A stretch of 64,000 nt of DNA from an uncultured virus (IMG/VR IMGVR_UViG_3300032233_002459) (lineage: Duplodnaviria > Heunggongvirae > Uroviricota > Caudoviricetes), in IMG/VR virus record IMGVR_UViG_3300032233_002459, one strand, 5' to 3'. This document shows positions 37,179 through 47,731 of the stretch, piece after piece. A model generated the notes under the pieces. That model had not been told where the DNA came from, did not search any database, and saw only the letters and a list, made by a program, of their open reading frames with translations. The position numbers and the translations under genes were made by a program. Position 1 is the stretch's first letter. Each line of letters begins with the position of its first letter.

Positions 37179-38108
37179 ATGGCCAGTGCAAAATTCTTAA
37201 ATTGTGAAATAGTTAGTTTAACATGCAGCTTAGGCTTTGGCGGACAAGAATCATCTGTTCAGTTAAAGCTGGTAGAGTGTGGTGCTCCTTATGATGGTTC
37301 TTTGGGATGTGTTTATACTATATCTGTTGGAGGCTTTTTGTTTACTGGAGTCTTAGCTGATCATACTTATAGTCAATCTAGCTCAGGATTAATTTGGGAC
37401 GTTAGACTCACAGACGGTAGACAAAGCTTATCCAACGTTTCAGTTATATTAAATGATTATTATTGTAATATTAATACTCCAAATTTAATTAATGTTTTAG
37501 CTATACTAGAGCCATCAGTATGTAATCTTGGATGTGGTGATTTTATGGCATCATTTAAAGATGACCTAGGAATACCCATGCTATATATTTTAAGGGCCTT
37601 ACAAGGTAAAACTTGTCTATTACCAGTATGCGGCGTTACGATGTATATTGACGTATCACAAATTATTAGTATATGTCCTGGATATTTAAAAGTTCCAGAA
37701 AATAAATCTGATGTTTTACAGTTAATCGGTCAGGCTTGTGACGAGGCTGGTTGCGATTTTATTATTACTATTGTTGGAAATACCTTTACTGCTGTTCCTA
37801 TCAATAAAAAGTTTCCGCCGCCAAGTGGCGCATTAGGCACTTTTTTAAACACTATAGCCGCTAGTTCATGTGCTGGAGCAGGCACTATAGACTATAGATA
37901 TGGTGAAGAAGCATCATATGAGCCTAGTAAAAAATTGGTAATAGGCGAAAATGTACATTATTTGATGGTCGTTAGTAAAAATGGGGATTGTGCAGGCTCT
38001 CCCGGTACAGAAGGCGGCGGAAAGGGCGGCACTTCAAACGACGCAATAGATTCTAGCGGTAGTGGTAGTGGTAGCAATAATAATGTCTCTCCCGGTGGCG
38101 GAGACTAA
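37179..38108 (+). CDS. Tail tip/hub protein, Cys-rich (putative)
   Basis: Position; SLGFGGQESSVQLKLVE and FTGVL...VRLTDGR hub-like pattern. Confidence 0.5.
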   Translation: MASAKFLNCEIVSLTCSLGFGGQESSVQLKLVECGAPYDGSLGCVYTISVGGFLFTGVLADHTYSQSSSGLIWDVRLTDGRQSLSNVSVILNDYYCNINTPNLINVLAILEPSVCNLGCGDFMASFKDDLGIPMLYILRALQGKTCLLPVCGVTMYIDVSQIISICPGYLKVPENKSDVLQLIGQACDEAGCDFIITIVGNTFTAVPINKKFPPPSGALGTFLNTIAASSCAGAGTIDYRYGEEASYEPSKKLVIGENVHYLMVVSKNGDCAGSPGTEGGGKGGTSNDAIDSSGSGSGSNNNVSPGGGD

Positions 38109-38128
38109 AAATAAATTAGGGTATACTT

Positions 38129-41100
38129 ATGGCATGTTCAGTTTATCAATATTTTGGAGAAAGATTTACCGGGGCTGAATGGAAAATATTCTATACAGAA
38201 CCAGACAATATAGACTATCCAAATTTTGATTGTTCTATACTAAAACAATCACTAGATTTAAATTTTGATAAGTTTACTTTAACAGAACTAGAGCTGTTAT
38301 CAACAACTGATCTTAATACTTGGTTAAGCTATTGTATGAAGAGTGATAATAATGAGTTATTAGGAACAAAAATTGTTAAAAATCTAATTGCAGACTGGGA
38401 GAAATTTCAAGACCATACTGGGCGTGCTTTTGATAGCATATTTGGTAATAATAGTTTTCAAGGAGTAGCAGAAAATTTTGCAACGCTTGACATTGGGAAT
38501 GAAGTATTAGCAAAAATTAATAGTGCTTTAAAATGGTTGCAAAATATACATAATGAATTTTATGGTAAACAATATTTAATACAAATAGGTAATTCTTCCA
38601 CAGGAGTTTGTATTAAAGATAGGTTTGGCAATGTCCCACAGGGTAATATTAAAGTAGAATCTGAAGGCGGATTATTCTATGCATCTGATGCCCCAGCTAC
38701 TGGTGGGGGTTGGTTGGGGAAAAATCAAAATCAAATTATGGGACTAAATGTTGGGCCAGAATTATATCCATTTACAGAAAGTGACGATAGAGTTGGATGT
38801 TTCGTTAAATATACTAAACATACTGAAATAGATAAATTAGATTTAAAATGGGAGATAAATCTATCAGCCTTAGATAATAAAAATTATTATATCAAAGATA
38901 GTGACTTATATGTTAAAGCAGATGTCAATCCCGCTATATACAAAATAGGATCTAATCAATATGCTTTAGTGACCGTAGACGCACCTGAATTATTACTTTC
39001 TCCTGATATATTCTCCGAATGTCCAACCGCACTAGCTTCTCAGGGCGCCACGGCCCTACTTGCTTTACATGGTGTTAAATATAAGGATGTTATTCAAAGA
39101 ACATTCTGTGGTAAGGATAAAGAAGGAGAAGAGACCTCTGGAGTATCATATCTACATAGTCATATAAATATTTTTCAAATGCATAAGCCGTCAGTATGTC
39201 CAGAAGAATTTTGTTTACCTTTTAAAAGTAATATTTTTACATATGGTCCTTGGTTTTTTCAAGCTGATCCTGTTGGTGGAACAGAAGTTGAGTCCAATAA
39301 AGAGCTTGCGCCGTGGAATTTTGCCAACTTACAAAATACTGGTTATGATGTAATGAATTATTATGGTTCGCTCATAGCTGCTGATGGCCCAAGAGGATTA
39401 CAGAAACAGGAAAATGGATCTATTACAGTTGCTAGTTTACCATCATATGGTATTGGTTATATAGTTGGAGGTAATGCTGGTACATTAACAGACTTACAGA
39501 TTAACATTGGAGATAATGGATATACTACTACATATAATTTTAGAACATATACTCCTAAATTTGGTCAGCCAGGAAGACATTTGTCTGATTTATGGCATAA
39601 AAACTATAAGTCTATGTCCTATCTTAATAAATTTTTTAAGGATCAAAATTTAGAGATTAGGGCTTTAATTAATAATAATAAAAAAGAATTACAAGACTTA
39701 AAACATAAAAATAAAGCTAAAGGCGTTGTAGCAAGTAATGACTCAATAGCAGAGGGTGCTAACGGAGGACCAGCGGCTGGCTCGCCATCTAATAAAAGTC
39801 CACAGTCTTTAATACTATCTGGATATCATATTAGACCAAAAGAGACTAATAATAACGATGGCGTCAACGATTTTGATAATTCTTCTGGACTTCCAGCGTC
39901 ACCGTGTTCATGCTATGGTCAATCAACCCCACCGCCTGCAACTTTGTCTCCATCAGTAGCAACATCTGGAAATAGTATTAAGAATTTTCCAGAGGTCGTC
40001 ACAGATGATATTGCTCATAACACATGGTATCAGCAAAATTTTGAAAGAGCAGCTATCAATAGTCTTGATTTATTATTTTGTCCTATGAGCACCAATCAAG
40101 AAGGAGATACAGATGCTGAATTACCAAGATTAGCTATGTATCAAGATTTCACTGGCTCTTTTGTCGAATTTAAAGATAAATCACAGACACCAAATAAACT
40201 TGGAGATGGTAAAGCTCCAAATTCTAGATCTCGTTCAGAAATACCCCCCTTCCTTATTGACGATGTGCTACAATATGATTTACCTATTCATCAAATGTAT
40301 CTTAATGCTACAACATCTACTGTTATGTTATCTGATTGGTTAAGTAGAATTAATGGTAGTACACAGGGATTTATTACTAAAATTATTGCTTATGGAACAG
40401 ATGTAAAAGAGTTCACCCTAATAATGTCAGACGAGGAGGAAGACAATAAGCAAGATGCTACTAATTTTAGATATAGCGTTTTAAGAGGTCCATTAAGCTT
40501 ACAATCTTGGGGCTATGATACTTCTGGCAAACCCGTACCAAACGCTATAGATTCTGCATATTTAGCTGAGAGGGGTCAGTTTAGAAGACGTGGGCTACAG
40601 GATAAATTTTTAAAAGACTGGCTTTCTAACCCTAAAACATGGCCTGCAGGCCCTATAGATTTACGCTGGGATAGGGAGCGTGGAGTATGGGTAGCTCCTC
40701 CAGCCAATAAAATCGTAGTTGCTAGACTTTTGACCAATTTAGAAAAATTTGGAGTAGCAGAGGCCGAATTAGTTGATCCTTCGGCTGGTGGTATAAAATT
40801 TTATGAAGAATACGATATATGGTCTGTGGATGGAGCAAATGTTAAGCAATCCATGAATAAAACTAAAATTAAAGTTTATGATTTTCTTGGAGTAAAATTA
40901 TGTAAGTGTGATTATATATATGCTTATTATGATGATAATAGATATATTGTTCTGGAGAGTAATCGAGCCTATAAGGATCCTAATGAATCGTGCTGTCCAA
41001 CAACCACAGCAACTCAACAAACTACTAGAGCATCACAACCAACCCCAACTCAGCCAACTCCAACGTCATGCTGGTGTGATCTTGATTGTTTAAAGACTCT

Positions 41101-41227
41101 GAAAAACTATGACGAAAATAAACATCAGGCCCTGGTGCATAAGAAAGAAACACCAGGACCAGATTGCTTAATGTGGGAAGATATTGTAGAGTGCTATACA
41201 ACTCCACCAAACTTTTATAATCATTAA
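38129..41227 (+). CDS. Large tail tip / central fibre protein (putative)
   Basis: 1032 aa, last gene of the + arm; GYTTTYNFRTYTPKFG, WPAGPIDLRWD; Pro/Thr linker and Cys-rich C-terminus. Confidence 0.55.
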   Translation: MACSVYQYFGERFTGAEWKIFYTEPDNIDYPNFDCSILKQSLDLNFDKFTLTELELLSTTDLNTWLSYCMKSDNNELLGTKIVKNLIADWEKFQDHTGRAFDSIFGNNSFQGVAENFATLDIGNEVLAKINSALKWLQNIHNEFYGKQYLIQIGNSSTGVCIKDRFGNVPQGNIKVESEGGLFYASDAPATGGGWLGKNQNQIMGLNVGPELYPFTESDDRVGCFVKYTKHTEIDKLDLKWEINLSALDNKNYYIKDSDLYVKADVNPAIYKIGSNQYALVTVDAPELLLSPDIFSECPTALASQGATALLALHGVKYKDVIQRTFCGKDKEGEETSGVSYLHSHINIFQMHKPSVCPEEFCLPFKSNIFTYGPWFFQADPVGGTEVESNKELAPWNFANLQNTGYDVMNYYGSLIAADGPRGLQKQENGSITVASLPSYGIGYIVGGNAGTLTDLQINIGDNGYTTTYNFRTYTPKFGQPGRHLSDLWHKNYKSMSYLNKFFKDQNLEIRALINNNKKELQDLKHKNKAKGVVASNDSIAEGANGGPAAGSPSNKSPQSLILSGYHIRPKETNNNDGVNDFDNSSGLPASPCSCYGQSTPPPATLSPSVATSGNSIKNFPEVVTDDIAHNTWYQQNFERAAINSLDLLFCPMSTNQEGDTDAELPRLAMYQDFTGSFVEFKDKSQTPNKLGDGKAPNSRSRSEIPPFLIDDVLQYDLPIHQMYLNATTSTVMLSDWLSRINGSTQGFITKIIAYGTDVKEFTLIMSDEEEDNKQDATNFRYSVLRGPLSLQSWGYDTSGKPVPNAIDSAYLAERGQFRRRGLQDKFLKDWLSNPKTWPAGPIDLRWDRERGVWVAPPANKIVVARLLTNLEKFGVAEAELVDPSAGGIKFYEEYDIWSVDGANVKQSMNKTKIKVYDFLGVKLCKCDYIYAYYDDNRYIVLESNRAYKDPNESCCPTTTATQQTTRASQPTPTQPTPTSCWCDLDCLKTLKNYDENKHQALVHKKETPGPDCLMWEDIVECYTTPPNFYNH

Positions 41228-41553
41228 TTCTTTTCTTTAGGGGCTTGCCACTTATGCCAGCCCTTATTTGGTAACCAATTATTATCGTCGTCTTTTCTCT
41301 TGGGAAATAATGTTCCACCCTTTTTATGTTGACCAAATGCTAAGATAGCATTACAATCATTACATCTTAACTCATAGTAATCATTTCCGTCAACATTTCT
41401 TACAACGAATCTTAGGTTTGTACTCCCACAAAGACCACAAGCCTCTTCTGCAAAAATTTCTTGAATAGTTGCTAGTTCTTTGAAGATTTCTTTTTGACCA
41501 GCTCCCTCAAGTTCAAATTCTAATTTATCACCAACTTTATATTTTACTTTCAT
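41224..41553 (-). CDS. Zn-ribbon hypothetical protein
   Basis: CGLC...CNDC. Confidence 0.7.
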   Translation of the reverse strand: MKVKYKVGDKLEFELEGAGQKEIFKELATIQEIFAEEACGLCGSTNLRFVVRNVDGNDYYELRCNDCNAILAFGQHKKGGTLFPKRKDDDNNWLPNKGWHKWQAPKEKN

Positions 41554-42272
41554 GAGATGCTCCAGTTATTTAGATAGCCTTTAACATTATTAGGAATATC
41601 ATCTGTTCTTTGTTGATAAGATGACAATTCTCTTATAACCGTTAAAGCATCATGATGCAATATATTTTTTATATTAGTATTATCAATATTAAGCGTCTTA
41701 AGTAGTTCTGGTATGTTAATATCTAATCTTTTAGCTAATACATCAATAAAATTAATCTGATTATTAGTAATTTTAGTAACATTATCACTACTAATATCAT
41801 CTTCTATATTTTCGGCCAGTTCTTCTGCTGCCACCACTTTTCTTAGTCTCATAGCTCTTCTAAGAGCCCTACCTTCTGCTCGTGTTTCTGCAACAGCCAC
41901 AGGATGATTGCGATATACTTTATCACAATTTCCCCAATATACGTCAGCAGCACCACTTACGGTCTTAACTTTACAAGCTTCGTTTGTTTCTGGACTTAAG
42001 TCATACCATGTTATAGAATGAACTACAGATGCTCTTTTTTCATTAGAAGGCTCAGGAGACTGAACAACAGTAGAGTCAGACTGTATAACAGAACAATTCA
42101 TTACTTTTTCAAAGACTCTACGCAATCCATCTGTTGTAGGATTGCCATTAATTTTTTCATCATCAGATAATTGATGTAATACAAAATCTGTCCACTCTAT
42201 ATCTCCTATTCCAACCTTTTGATTTACTTCTGTAGGATTAGTTACTACTTCAGTATTTTTAGCCTTAGCCAT
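41550..42272 (-). CDS. Single-strand annealing protein, Rad52/Red-beta superfamily (putative)
   Basis: DGLRR and AVAETRAEGRALRRA helix; separate C-terminal domain starting ITNNQ. Confidence 0.5.
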   Translation of the reverse strand: MAKAKNTEVVTNPTEVNQKVGIGDIEWTDFVLHQLSDDEKINGNPTTDGLRRVFEKVMNCSVIQSDSTVVQSPEPSNEKRASVVHSITWYDLSPETNEACKVKTVSGAADVYWGNCDKVYRNHPVAVAETRAEGRALRRAMRLRKVVAAEELAENIEDDISSDNVTKITNNQINFIDVLAKRLDINIPELLKTLNIDNTNIKNILHHDALTVIRELSSYQQRTDDIPNNVKGYLNNWSIS

Positions 42273-43062
42273 CTGTATCTCCTATTTCTATAATATTAGT
42301 ATTACTTTTATTTTTATCTAGATTTTTAAGGGAAACTAAAAGATTAGAACATATTAAATTAGCTCTAGCCTTAGAAAAATCCTTAGTTTGCTTGATTCTA
42401 ATTAATTTATAACCCTTGCCGATAAGTAAACCGGCTTTTTTCTTATCATATACTATATTTTTTTGTAAAACATCTTCTCCCCAAACAGGAGCAAAGTGTG
42501 AGGGTCCATCAATTTCTATAGCTATGTTCATAGTAGGTAGGAAAATATCTATTTGCAACTTGGTATTTGCTAGAATATGTTCTTTATGGAATTCTGTTTT
42601 AAAGCCCTGATCAATCAAAAAATTTAGAACAAAGTGCTCTAGCTTTGAGCCAACCTTGCTACTATGTCTTACTGCTAAGTTAGCTTTATGTAACATATTT
42701 GCTTTTTCATCGTCACTTTTTTTATTCCATAATTCTTGATATACTAGTTTTTTCTTTTTTAACTCTTCTTCACCCAATTCGTCCCATGTCTTCATAACTG
42801 ACATGCCTATGTTTTGTTTTTCTGTTTCTGATCTTTCCCTACCCTTTGTTGGGTGTTTATGTTTACCTGTTTGTAATGCATTTTTTTGTGCTTCTGATTT
42901 AGTTTTAATTTTAATCCCAAGTCTTTTGGCGTCCCTAAGAATTTTATTAGGATATGTATTATATTTATCCGCTATGTCTCTAAAGCTTGTATTTAATTTA
43001 GTATACAGTTCATTTATCATATCCATTTTAGCAGCATCTGACAGATCATTATAGTTTTTCAT
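42265..43062 (-). CDS. Homing-endonuclease-like protein (HTH, NUMOD-like segment, Vsr/DUF559-type nuclease)
   Basis: SFRDIADKY HTH, KGRERSETEKQNI, IDIFLP...IEIDGPSH. Confidence 0.7.
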   Translation of the reverse strand: MKNYNDLSDAAKMDMINELYTKLNTSFRDIADKYNTYPNKILRDAKRLGIKIKTKSEAQKNALQTGKHKHPTKGRERSETEKQNIGMSVMKTWDELGEEELKKKKLVYQELWNKKSDDEKANMLHKANLAVRHSSKVGSKLEHFVLNFLIDQGFKTEFHKEHILANTKLQIDIFLPTMNIAIEIDGPSHFAPVWGEDVLQKNIVYDKKKAGLLIGKGYKLIRIKQTKDFSKARANLICSNLLVSLKNLDKNKSNTNIIEIGDTDG

Positions 43063-43390
43063 GAAACAATTCCTTAATTTGAGAAGCTGTATCTGTAATA
43101 TTACTTTTTATATTCAGAGTAAATATATGATTATTTGGTATCAAAATAGAATTGAGAATATTTCTGTCGTATTCTGAGATTACCACATAAACTAATTTTG
43201 ATAAATTTATTTTAGTACTATATATGGTATGAAATAATGCAATATTTTTTATTTCATCAATACCAGTCAAGATATTATCAGTAAATATTATAGGTTGCTC
43301 AGATAGGATTTCACAAATACCCTCATAAGCTCGTATCAACTCTTTATCTTCAATAGTTAGATATTGTTTATATAGCGCTAGCATTTTCAA
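43049..43390 (-). CDS. Hypothetical protein
   Basis: 113-aa ORF overlapping both neighbours. Confidence 0.5.
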   Translation of the reverse strand: MKMLALYKQYLTIEDKELIRAYEGICEILSEQPIIFTDNILTGIDEIKNIALFHTIYSTKINLSKLVYVVISEYDRNILNSILIPNNHIFTLNIKSNITDTASQIKELFHEKL

Positions 43391-44063
43391 TTTTCCTAAA
43401 TAAATTTTTAATATTAGTTAACTGATCAATACTATTAAAATGCATAATATTGGTTTTAAGTTTTATGGTATTAATCTGAATATTATGATGTATCAATTCA
43501 TTAATAATCTCAAATAAATACATATTGCTTTTAATATGATTTTTAATTACCCATTTAAATATACCATTATCTTTTTTATTGATATATAAATATTCACATA
43601 TTTTATTGGGTAAATCATAAAAAACAAATTCAACATTATTGTTATGATCTATTGTACATCCAATTTTTGATTTAAATTTTGCAGACTGGTTTATGATCAC
43701 GGCGGAATCTTTTAATTTTAAATTTTTAATTAAACCAGGGTCAATAACCATAGATATATTTATAATACTAATATCACTATTATCTGGTATATGATCTATA
43801 ACATTTTTTAATGATTCTCCAACATTAGAATACTCAGTATATGCATGATTAATGCAATCAACTCTTTTATGTTTAATTATATTATCTAATATCTTTTTAC
43901 TTTCAAAAGCACAAATAATAAATATCTTCGCTTTTTTATTAGTTTTAAGTAGATTTTTGATCTGATGATTCAAAAAAATATCTTTATGTATCCTAACCAA
44001 AGCCTTATTGCTCATATTCTTTATGTTTTTGTCAGGTATAGACGCAATTAAAATATAATACAT
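43368..44063 (-). CDS. Sugar-phosphate nucleotidyltransferase-like protein (divergent)
   Basis: ILIAS...NKALVRI, NVGESL, MYLFEIIN; canonical GxGxR and PK residues absent. Confidence 0.55.
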   Translation of the reverse strand: MYYILIASIPDKNIKNMSNKALVRIHKDIFLNHQIKNLLKTNKKAKIFIICAFESKKILDNIIKHKRVDCINHAYTEYSNVGESLKNVIDHIPDNSDISIINISMVIDPGLIKNLKLKDSAVIINQSAKFKSKIGCTIDHNNNVEFVFYDLPNKICEYLYINKKDNGIFKWVIKNHIKSNMYLFEIINELIHHNIQINTIKLKTNIMHFNSIDQLTNIKNLFRKIENASAI

Positions 44064-44068
44064 AAGCT

Positions 44069-44488
44069 TTATGGTTTTGATGCCTTAATATAATATTCAA
44101 AAACATTAATATATTTTTTAATATCAATTATAAATCCTACCCTTTTGAGCATATCTAACATTTCAGATATTAAATGAATTGATTTTTTATTAGGATATAG
44201 TACTTTTTTAACAATATCTTGATCTATCATATTAAAAGAAACGGCCATACATAATTGTCTCAAGTCGGAACCCTGTATAAATATGCTTCCACCATGATTA
44301 AGCTTTTGGTAAGCCTTTTGTAAAAGAGTAGTAGCATCATCTGATATAAAAAAATCACAAAGGTCTTGATATAAAATTTCATCTAATGAATTATCTTCAT
44401 ATTTATCTATATCAGAAATATGAGCATATGCACTCTTGGTAGGCATTAATTCTTGATCTGACACATGAAACAAAATAGATTTATCCAT
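44069..44488 (-). CDS. Methyltransferase-fold protein (divergent)
   Basis: DNSLDEI...QKLNHGGSIFIQGSD post-motif pattern; no Gly-rich SAM loop. Confidence 0.45.
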   Translation of the reverse strand: MDKSILFHVSDQELMPTKSAYAHISDIDKYEDNSLDEILYQDLCDFFISDDATTLLQKAYQKLNHGGSIFIQGSDLRQLCMAVSFNMIDQDIVKKVLYPNKKSIHLISEMLDMLKRVGFIIDIKKYINVFEYYIKASKP

Positions 44489-44954
44489 AATATTTAAAAA
44501 CCATTTTACAAGTTTGGAAAATAACCCTTTGCCACATTTCTAAATTTGATATATCATTTTTATTATCTAATATTTTATGATACGAAGTAGACCACGATTT
44601 GGCAATATTTTCATTTATTGCTATCTTATATGCCGAAGGAAACTCATATTTATGAGCTAGTGTTTCGTCTTCTATAACATCTCTTGGTCTAGATATATGA
44701 TCAATCAGTAATACTGGTATATGAAATTGAATAGAAATATTTTTACATTTTTCATAATATAAAAATTTATTATTACAAATAATTATATGGGGACAGTCTT
44801 TGCCAAAATATAAATGATCAAAAGCAATTAAATTATGGCCTAGCTTTTGTACCGTTTTCTCGAAAATCATATTGTCTACAGGAGTCCATAATATATTAAC
44901 TTTGTCATTATTATTTATGGTTTCTCTAGCTAAAATACCGGTTATAGAATTCAT
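44481..44954 (-). CDS. Short glycosyltransferase-like or hypothetical protein
   Basis: 157 aa Rossmann-like alpha/beta pattern inside the GT cluster. Confidence 0.4.
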   Translation of the reverse strand: MNSITGILARETINNNDKVNILWTPVDNMIFEKTVQKLGHNLIAFDHLYFGKDCPHIIICNNKFLYYEKCKNISIQFHIPVLLIDHISRPRDVIEDETLAHKYEFPSAYKIAINENIAKSWSTSYHKILDNKNDISNLEMWQRVIFQTCKMVFKYYG

Positions 44955-46060
44955 GGATTTAAAAGACCTTCTACAAATGATTTTTCACTAAATTGTAATT
45001 TATTAAAGTTGGCTAATTTTTGCTGTTTTTCAGTAGATGTTAGCTCGTATGCTTTTCTCATTTGCTCTTTGATAGAATCTAAATATGGCTCTCTCCATTT
45101 TTCATAAATGGTATAAGTATTTTCCATATAATAATCTTTACTATAAATATTAGTTAAAAAGCTTTCTATCTCAAGACCATTAGATTTGTTAATATATGTA
45201 TTGGCTCCTGTGCCACTATTGGTGATTGTTAAATTATTAAATAATATAGATTCAATAGCACTTGCCCCGAAAGATTCACACCTACAAACATTAACATAGC
45301 AATCACATTGTTTGTGTAGCCTCATCATATATTCTTGTTCATAATATCCTATAATAACATGCGGAGCTTGTACATATTTACTATTAATTCTGAGCGCTCT
45401 TTCTACTTGTTGTATATCATAAGTGATTATTTTTTCTGCTTCTTGATGATCAAATCCTGTAATATCAGTTTTGATAATTAATTTTACATCGTCATGTTTT
45501 CTAAATTCTAGAAAAAATGCAGCTAGTAACGCCTTAATATTATTTTTATCTTGATGTTTCCCTATATAGTAAAATACAAAATCTTTATTTGGATTATCAA
45601 ATAGGGGATCATAGGTTTTTTCAAATCTAGATAAATCAAATGGTTCTGGCAGAACCTGAATTTTGGTACTTGTCCCCGCTTGCTGTAATGACCTTTTGGA
45701 CCAATCAGATTGAACTATAACGCGATCCATTAAATTAATACGGTCCACCCACCCAGTATGATTAATGCCCCAAGTGTCAATATCAGTAATTGCTATATTT
45801 TCTCCAAACTCTTTTCTATATTCAAAACAGTTAGGAATTCCGTGCTGAATTACCATATCATAATATTTACTACTATTATCTTCGAATTCATTATAGTCTT
45901 TACCAGACTCATTTCCGCTATCTAGATATGGAGTAAAATATATAGGGCGAATACTAAGATTAACATCAAAATTATATCCTAGAGCATCTATATATCTTCT
46001 AGAGGATCTTCCTAAGCCAGTATTTTCTTTATATGGACCTATATATAGTATATTTTTCAT
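44951..46060 (-). CDS. GT-B (GT4-like) glycosyltransferase
   Basis: TGLGRSSR, CDCYVNVCRCESFGASAIES (E-x7-E). Confidence 0.85.
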   Translation of the reverse strand: MKNILYIGPYKENTGLGRSSRRYIDALGYNFDVNLSIRPIYFTPYLDSGNESGKDYNEFEDNSSKYYDMVIQHGIPNCFEYRKEFGENIAITDIDTWGINHTGWVDRINLMDRVIVQSDWSKRSLQQAGTSTKIQVLPEPFDLSRFEKTYDPLFDNPNKDFVFYYIGKHQDKNNIKALLAAFFLEFRKHDDVKLIIKTDITGFDHQEAEKIITYDIQQVERALRINSKYVQAPHVIIGYYEQEYMMRLHKQCDCYVNVCRCESFGASAIESILFNNLTITNSGTGANTYINKSNGLEIESFLTNIYSKDYYMENTYTIYEKWREPYLDSIKEQMRKAYELTSTEKQQKLANFNKLQFSEKSFVEGLLNP

Positions 46061-46061
46061 A

Positions 46062-47672
46062 TTAATAATTTAGAAAATCGTTAGCGACTATAGCAGAAGG
46101 GTTGTCTAAAAATTTATTTAGTGTTACTTTATTATTAAACCATACCTCTAAAGTTTTAAGAGCATCTTGTTGTTTATAGGGGGATACTGATTTGTCTGAT
46201 ATAATATATCCATTATCTAGCCCCATTATGACTTGCTGAATAAAAAAACTACTCTTTAGCTCAGGAGCTTCTAAGATATTATCAACAATATTATAGATAA
46301 ACTCCCTATTATTAGTTGTTTGTTTAGCTGTTTTATCAATTTGATTAAAATGTTCCTCTGGTATACTAGACCATCTAGAAGCATCAGTAGCACTAATATT
46401 ATCTATAATATCTTCAAAGGCTTTGGCAGTATAGTCCCAAGAATGCTTATTTATAGTTTTTATTCTTAGATTCTCTGAGAGTTGTGTTTTTTGTGATATT
46501 GATAAATTTTGAAATTGTTTAATTAAATCTATACATATATTATTATTTGGATGTACTCTATCTGAGTTATGGTCATGATCTCTAAATACAGATGCTACTG
46601 GAATTTTTTGACCACCCAGATCATCTGACAACTCAGCCATTGCTCCGTGATCAACGGTTAAAAATGGTATGCCACAAGAAGCTGCTTCTAATGGAGGTAT
46701 ACCAAATCCTTCGCATATAGCATATTGTATATATAGATCAAATGTATTATATATTTTAGCTAAATCTTTATCCTCAATACCATGAGCAACATTAGCCAAT
46801 ATCATTTGTTTATTAGAACATTTTGGGCATATAGCATGTGCTCCTTTCCATTTCATTGGAAGCCAATGCTTGCAATTTTTACATAAATATGTGAATAGTA
46901 CTTTATCATAAATATTATGTTCTAGTAATAAATCTGGAATATCCCACCCTATTGTTTCTGGATAACTAGAATGTAAATATAGATATGTTGGAGTTTTGGT
47001 ATTATGATTAATATTACTTATAATTTTGAATAGATCTGGTATGAGTTTTCTTTTTTGATTTCTCATAACGGAACCAATAATAAAAGCATCCAGATCTAAA
47101 CCTAAACTTTGTCTACAAGATATTTTATTTAATGGTTTAAATATATTTGTATTTATCGAATCTTTAACTATACCCTTGCATTTAATATTATAGAGTTCTT
47201 CTATAGTATTTTTTGCCCATTCTGTGTGTGTTAATAGCGTATCACAATTCAACATTAAATCCAGCCACTCATGTTTAACAGGAAATGAGTCTATTGTTGG
47301 AGCTAAAATCCAATGAAACTTATTTCTAAAAACGGATGTTCTTTGAAAAGAAGCCATAAAAATATCCCTGAAATCTATTACTATATCAGGTTTAAAATGT
47401 GCTACAGCAACATCAAATCTCCACTGGCCAAAAGAATTGCTGGGGCTAGAATTATACTGAGCAAATCTTGCGTCGTTTTTTTCAACTGCGTTTGGATATA
47501 TTTTCCAAGGAAAATCTTTAGCTTGTGATGTTGTTCTATAACAAGACAGTTCGGCTATATCGTATTTGTTAGTGGCAAATAGTCTTTCTAAGATTGATTT
47601 GGTATAATTGCCGTAGCCAGATTTTATGTGTGCAGATTCTGTACAGAAAAGTATTCTTTTTTTTATAGTCAT
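46062..47672 (-). CDS. GT-B (GT4-like) glycosyltransferase with Zn-ribbon insert
   Basis: SGYGNY, RNQKRK, CKNC...CPKC, EGFGIPPLEAASCG; ATG 47672 preferred because the longer start lies inside a terminator. Confidence 0.88.
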   Translation of the reverse strand: MTIKKRILFCTESAHIKSGYGNYTKSILERLFATNKYDIAELSCYRTTSQAKDFPWKIYPNAVEKNDARFAQYNSSPSNSFGQWRFDVAVAHFKPDIVIDFRDIFMASFQRTSVFRNKFHWILAPTIDSFPVKHEWLDLMLNCDTLLTHTEWAKNTIEELYNIKCKGIVKDSINTNIFKPLNKISCRQSLGLDLDAFIIGSVMRNQKRKLIPDLFKIISNINHNTKTPTYLYLHSSYPETIGWDIPDLLLEHNIYDKVLFTYLCKNCKHWLPMKWKGAHAICPKCSNKQMILANVAHGIEDKDLAKIYNTFDLYIQYAICEGFGIPPLEAASCGIPFLTVDHGAMAELSDDLGGQKIPVASVFRDHDHNSDRVHPNNNICIDLIKQFQNLSISQKTQLSENLRIKTINKHSWDYTAKAFEDIIDNISATDASRWSSIPEEHFNQIDKTAKQTTNNREFIYNIVDNILEAPELKSSFFIQQVIMGLDNGYIISDKSVSPYKQQDALKTLEVWFNNKVTLNKFLDNPSAIVANDFLNY

Positions 47673-47683
47673 TATGTATATAT

Positions 47684-47714
47684 AAACAAATAGCCCCTCC
47701 ATTAGAAGGGGCTA
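47684..47714 (-). terminator. Intrinsic terminator after ssb
   Basis: Minus strand TAGCCCCTTC-TAAT-GGAGGGGCTA then TTTGTTT. Confidence 0.85.
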
Positions 47715-47731
47715 CTGTTCCCACCTAGTCC

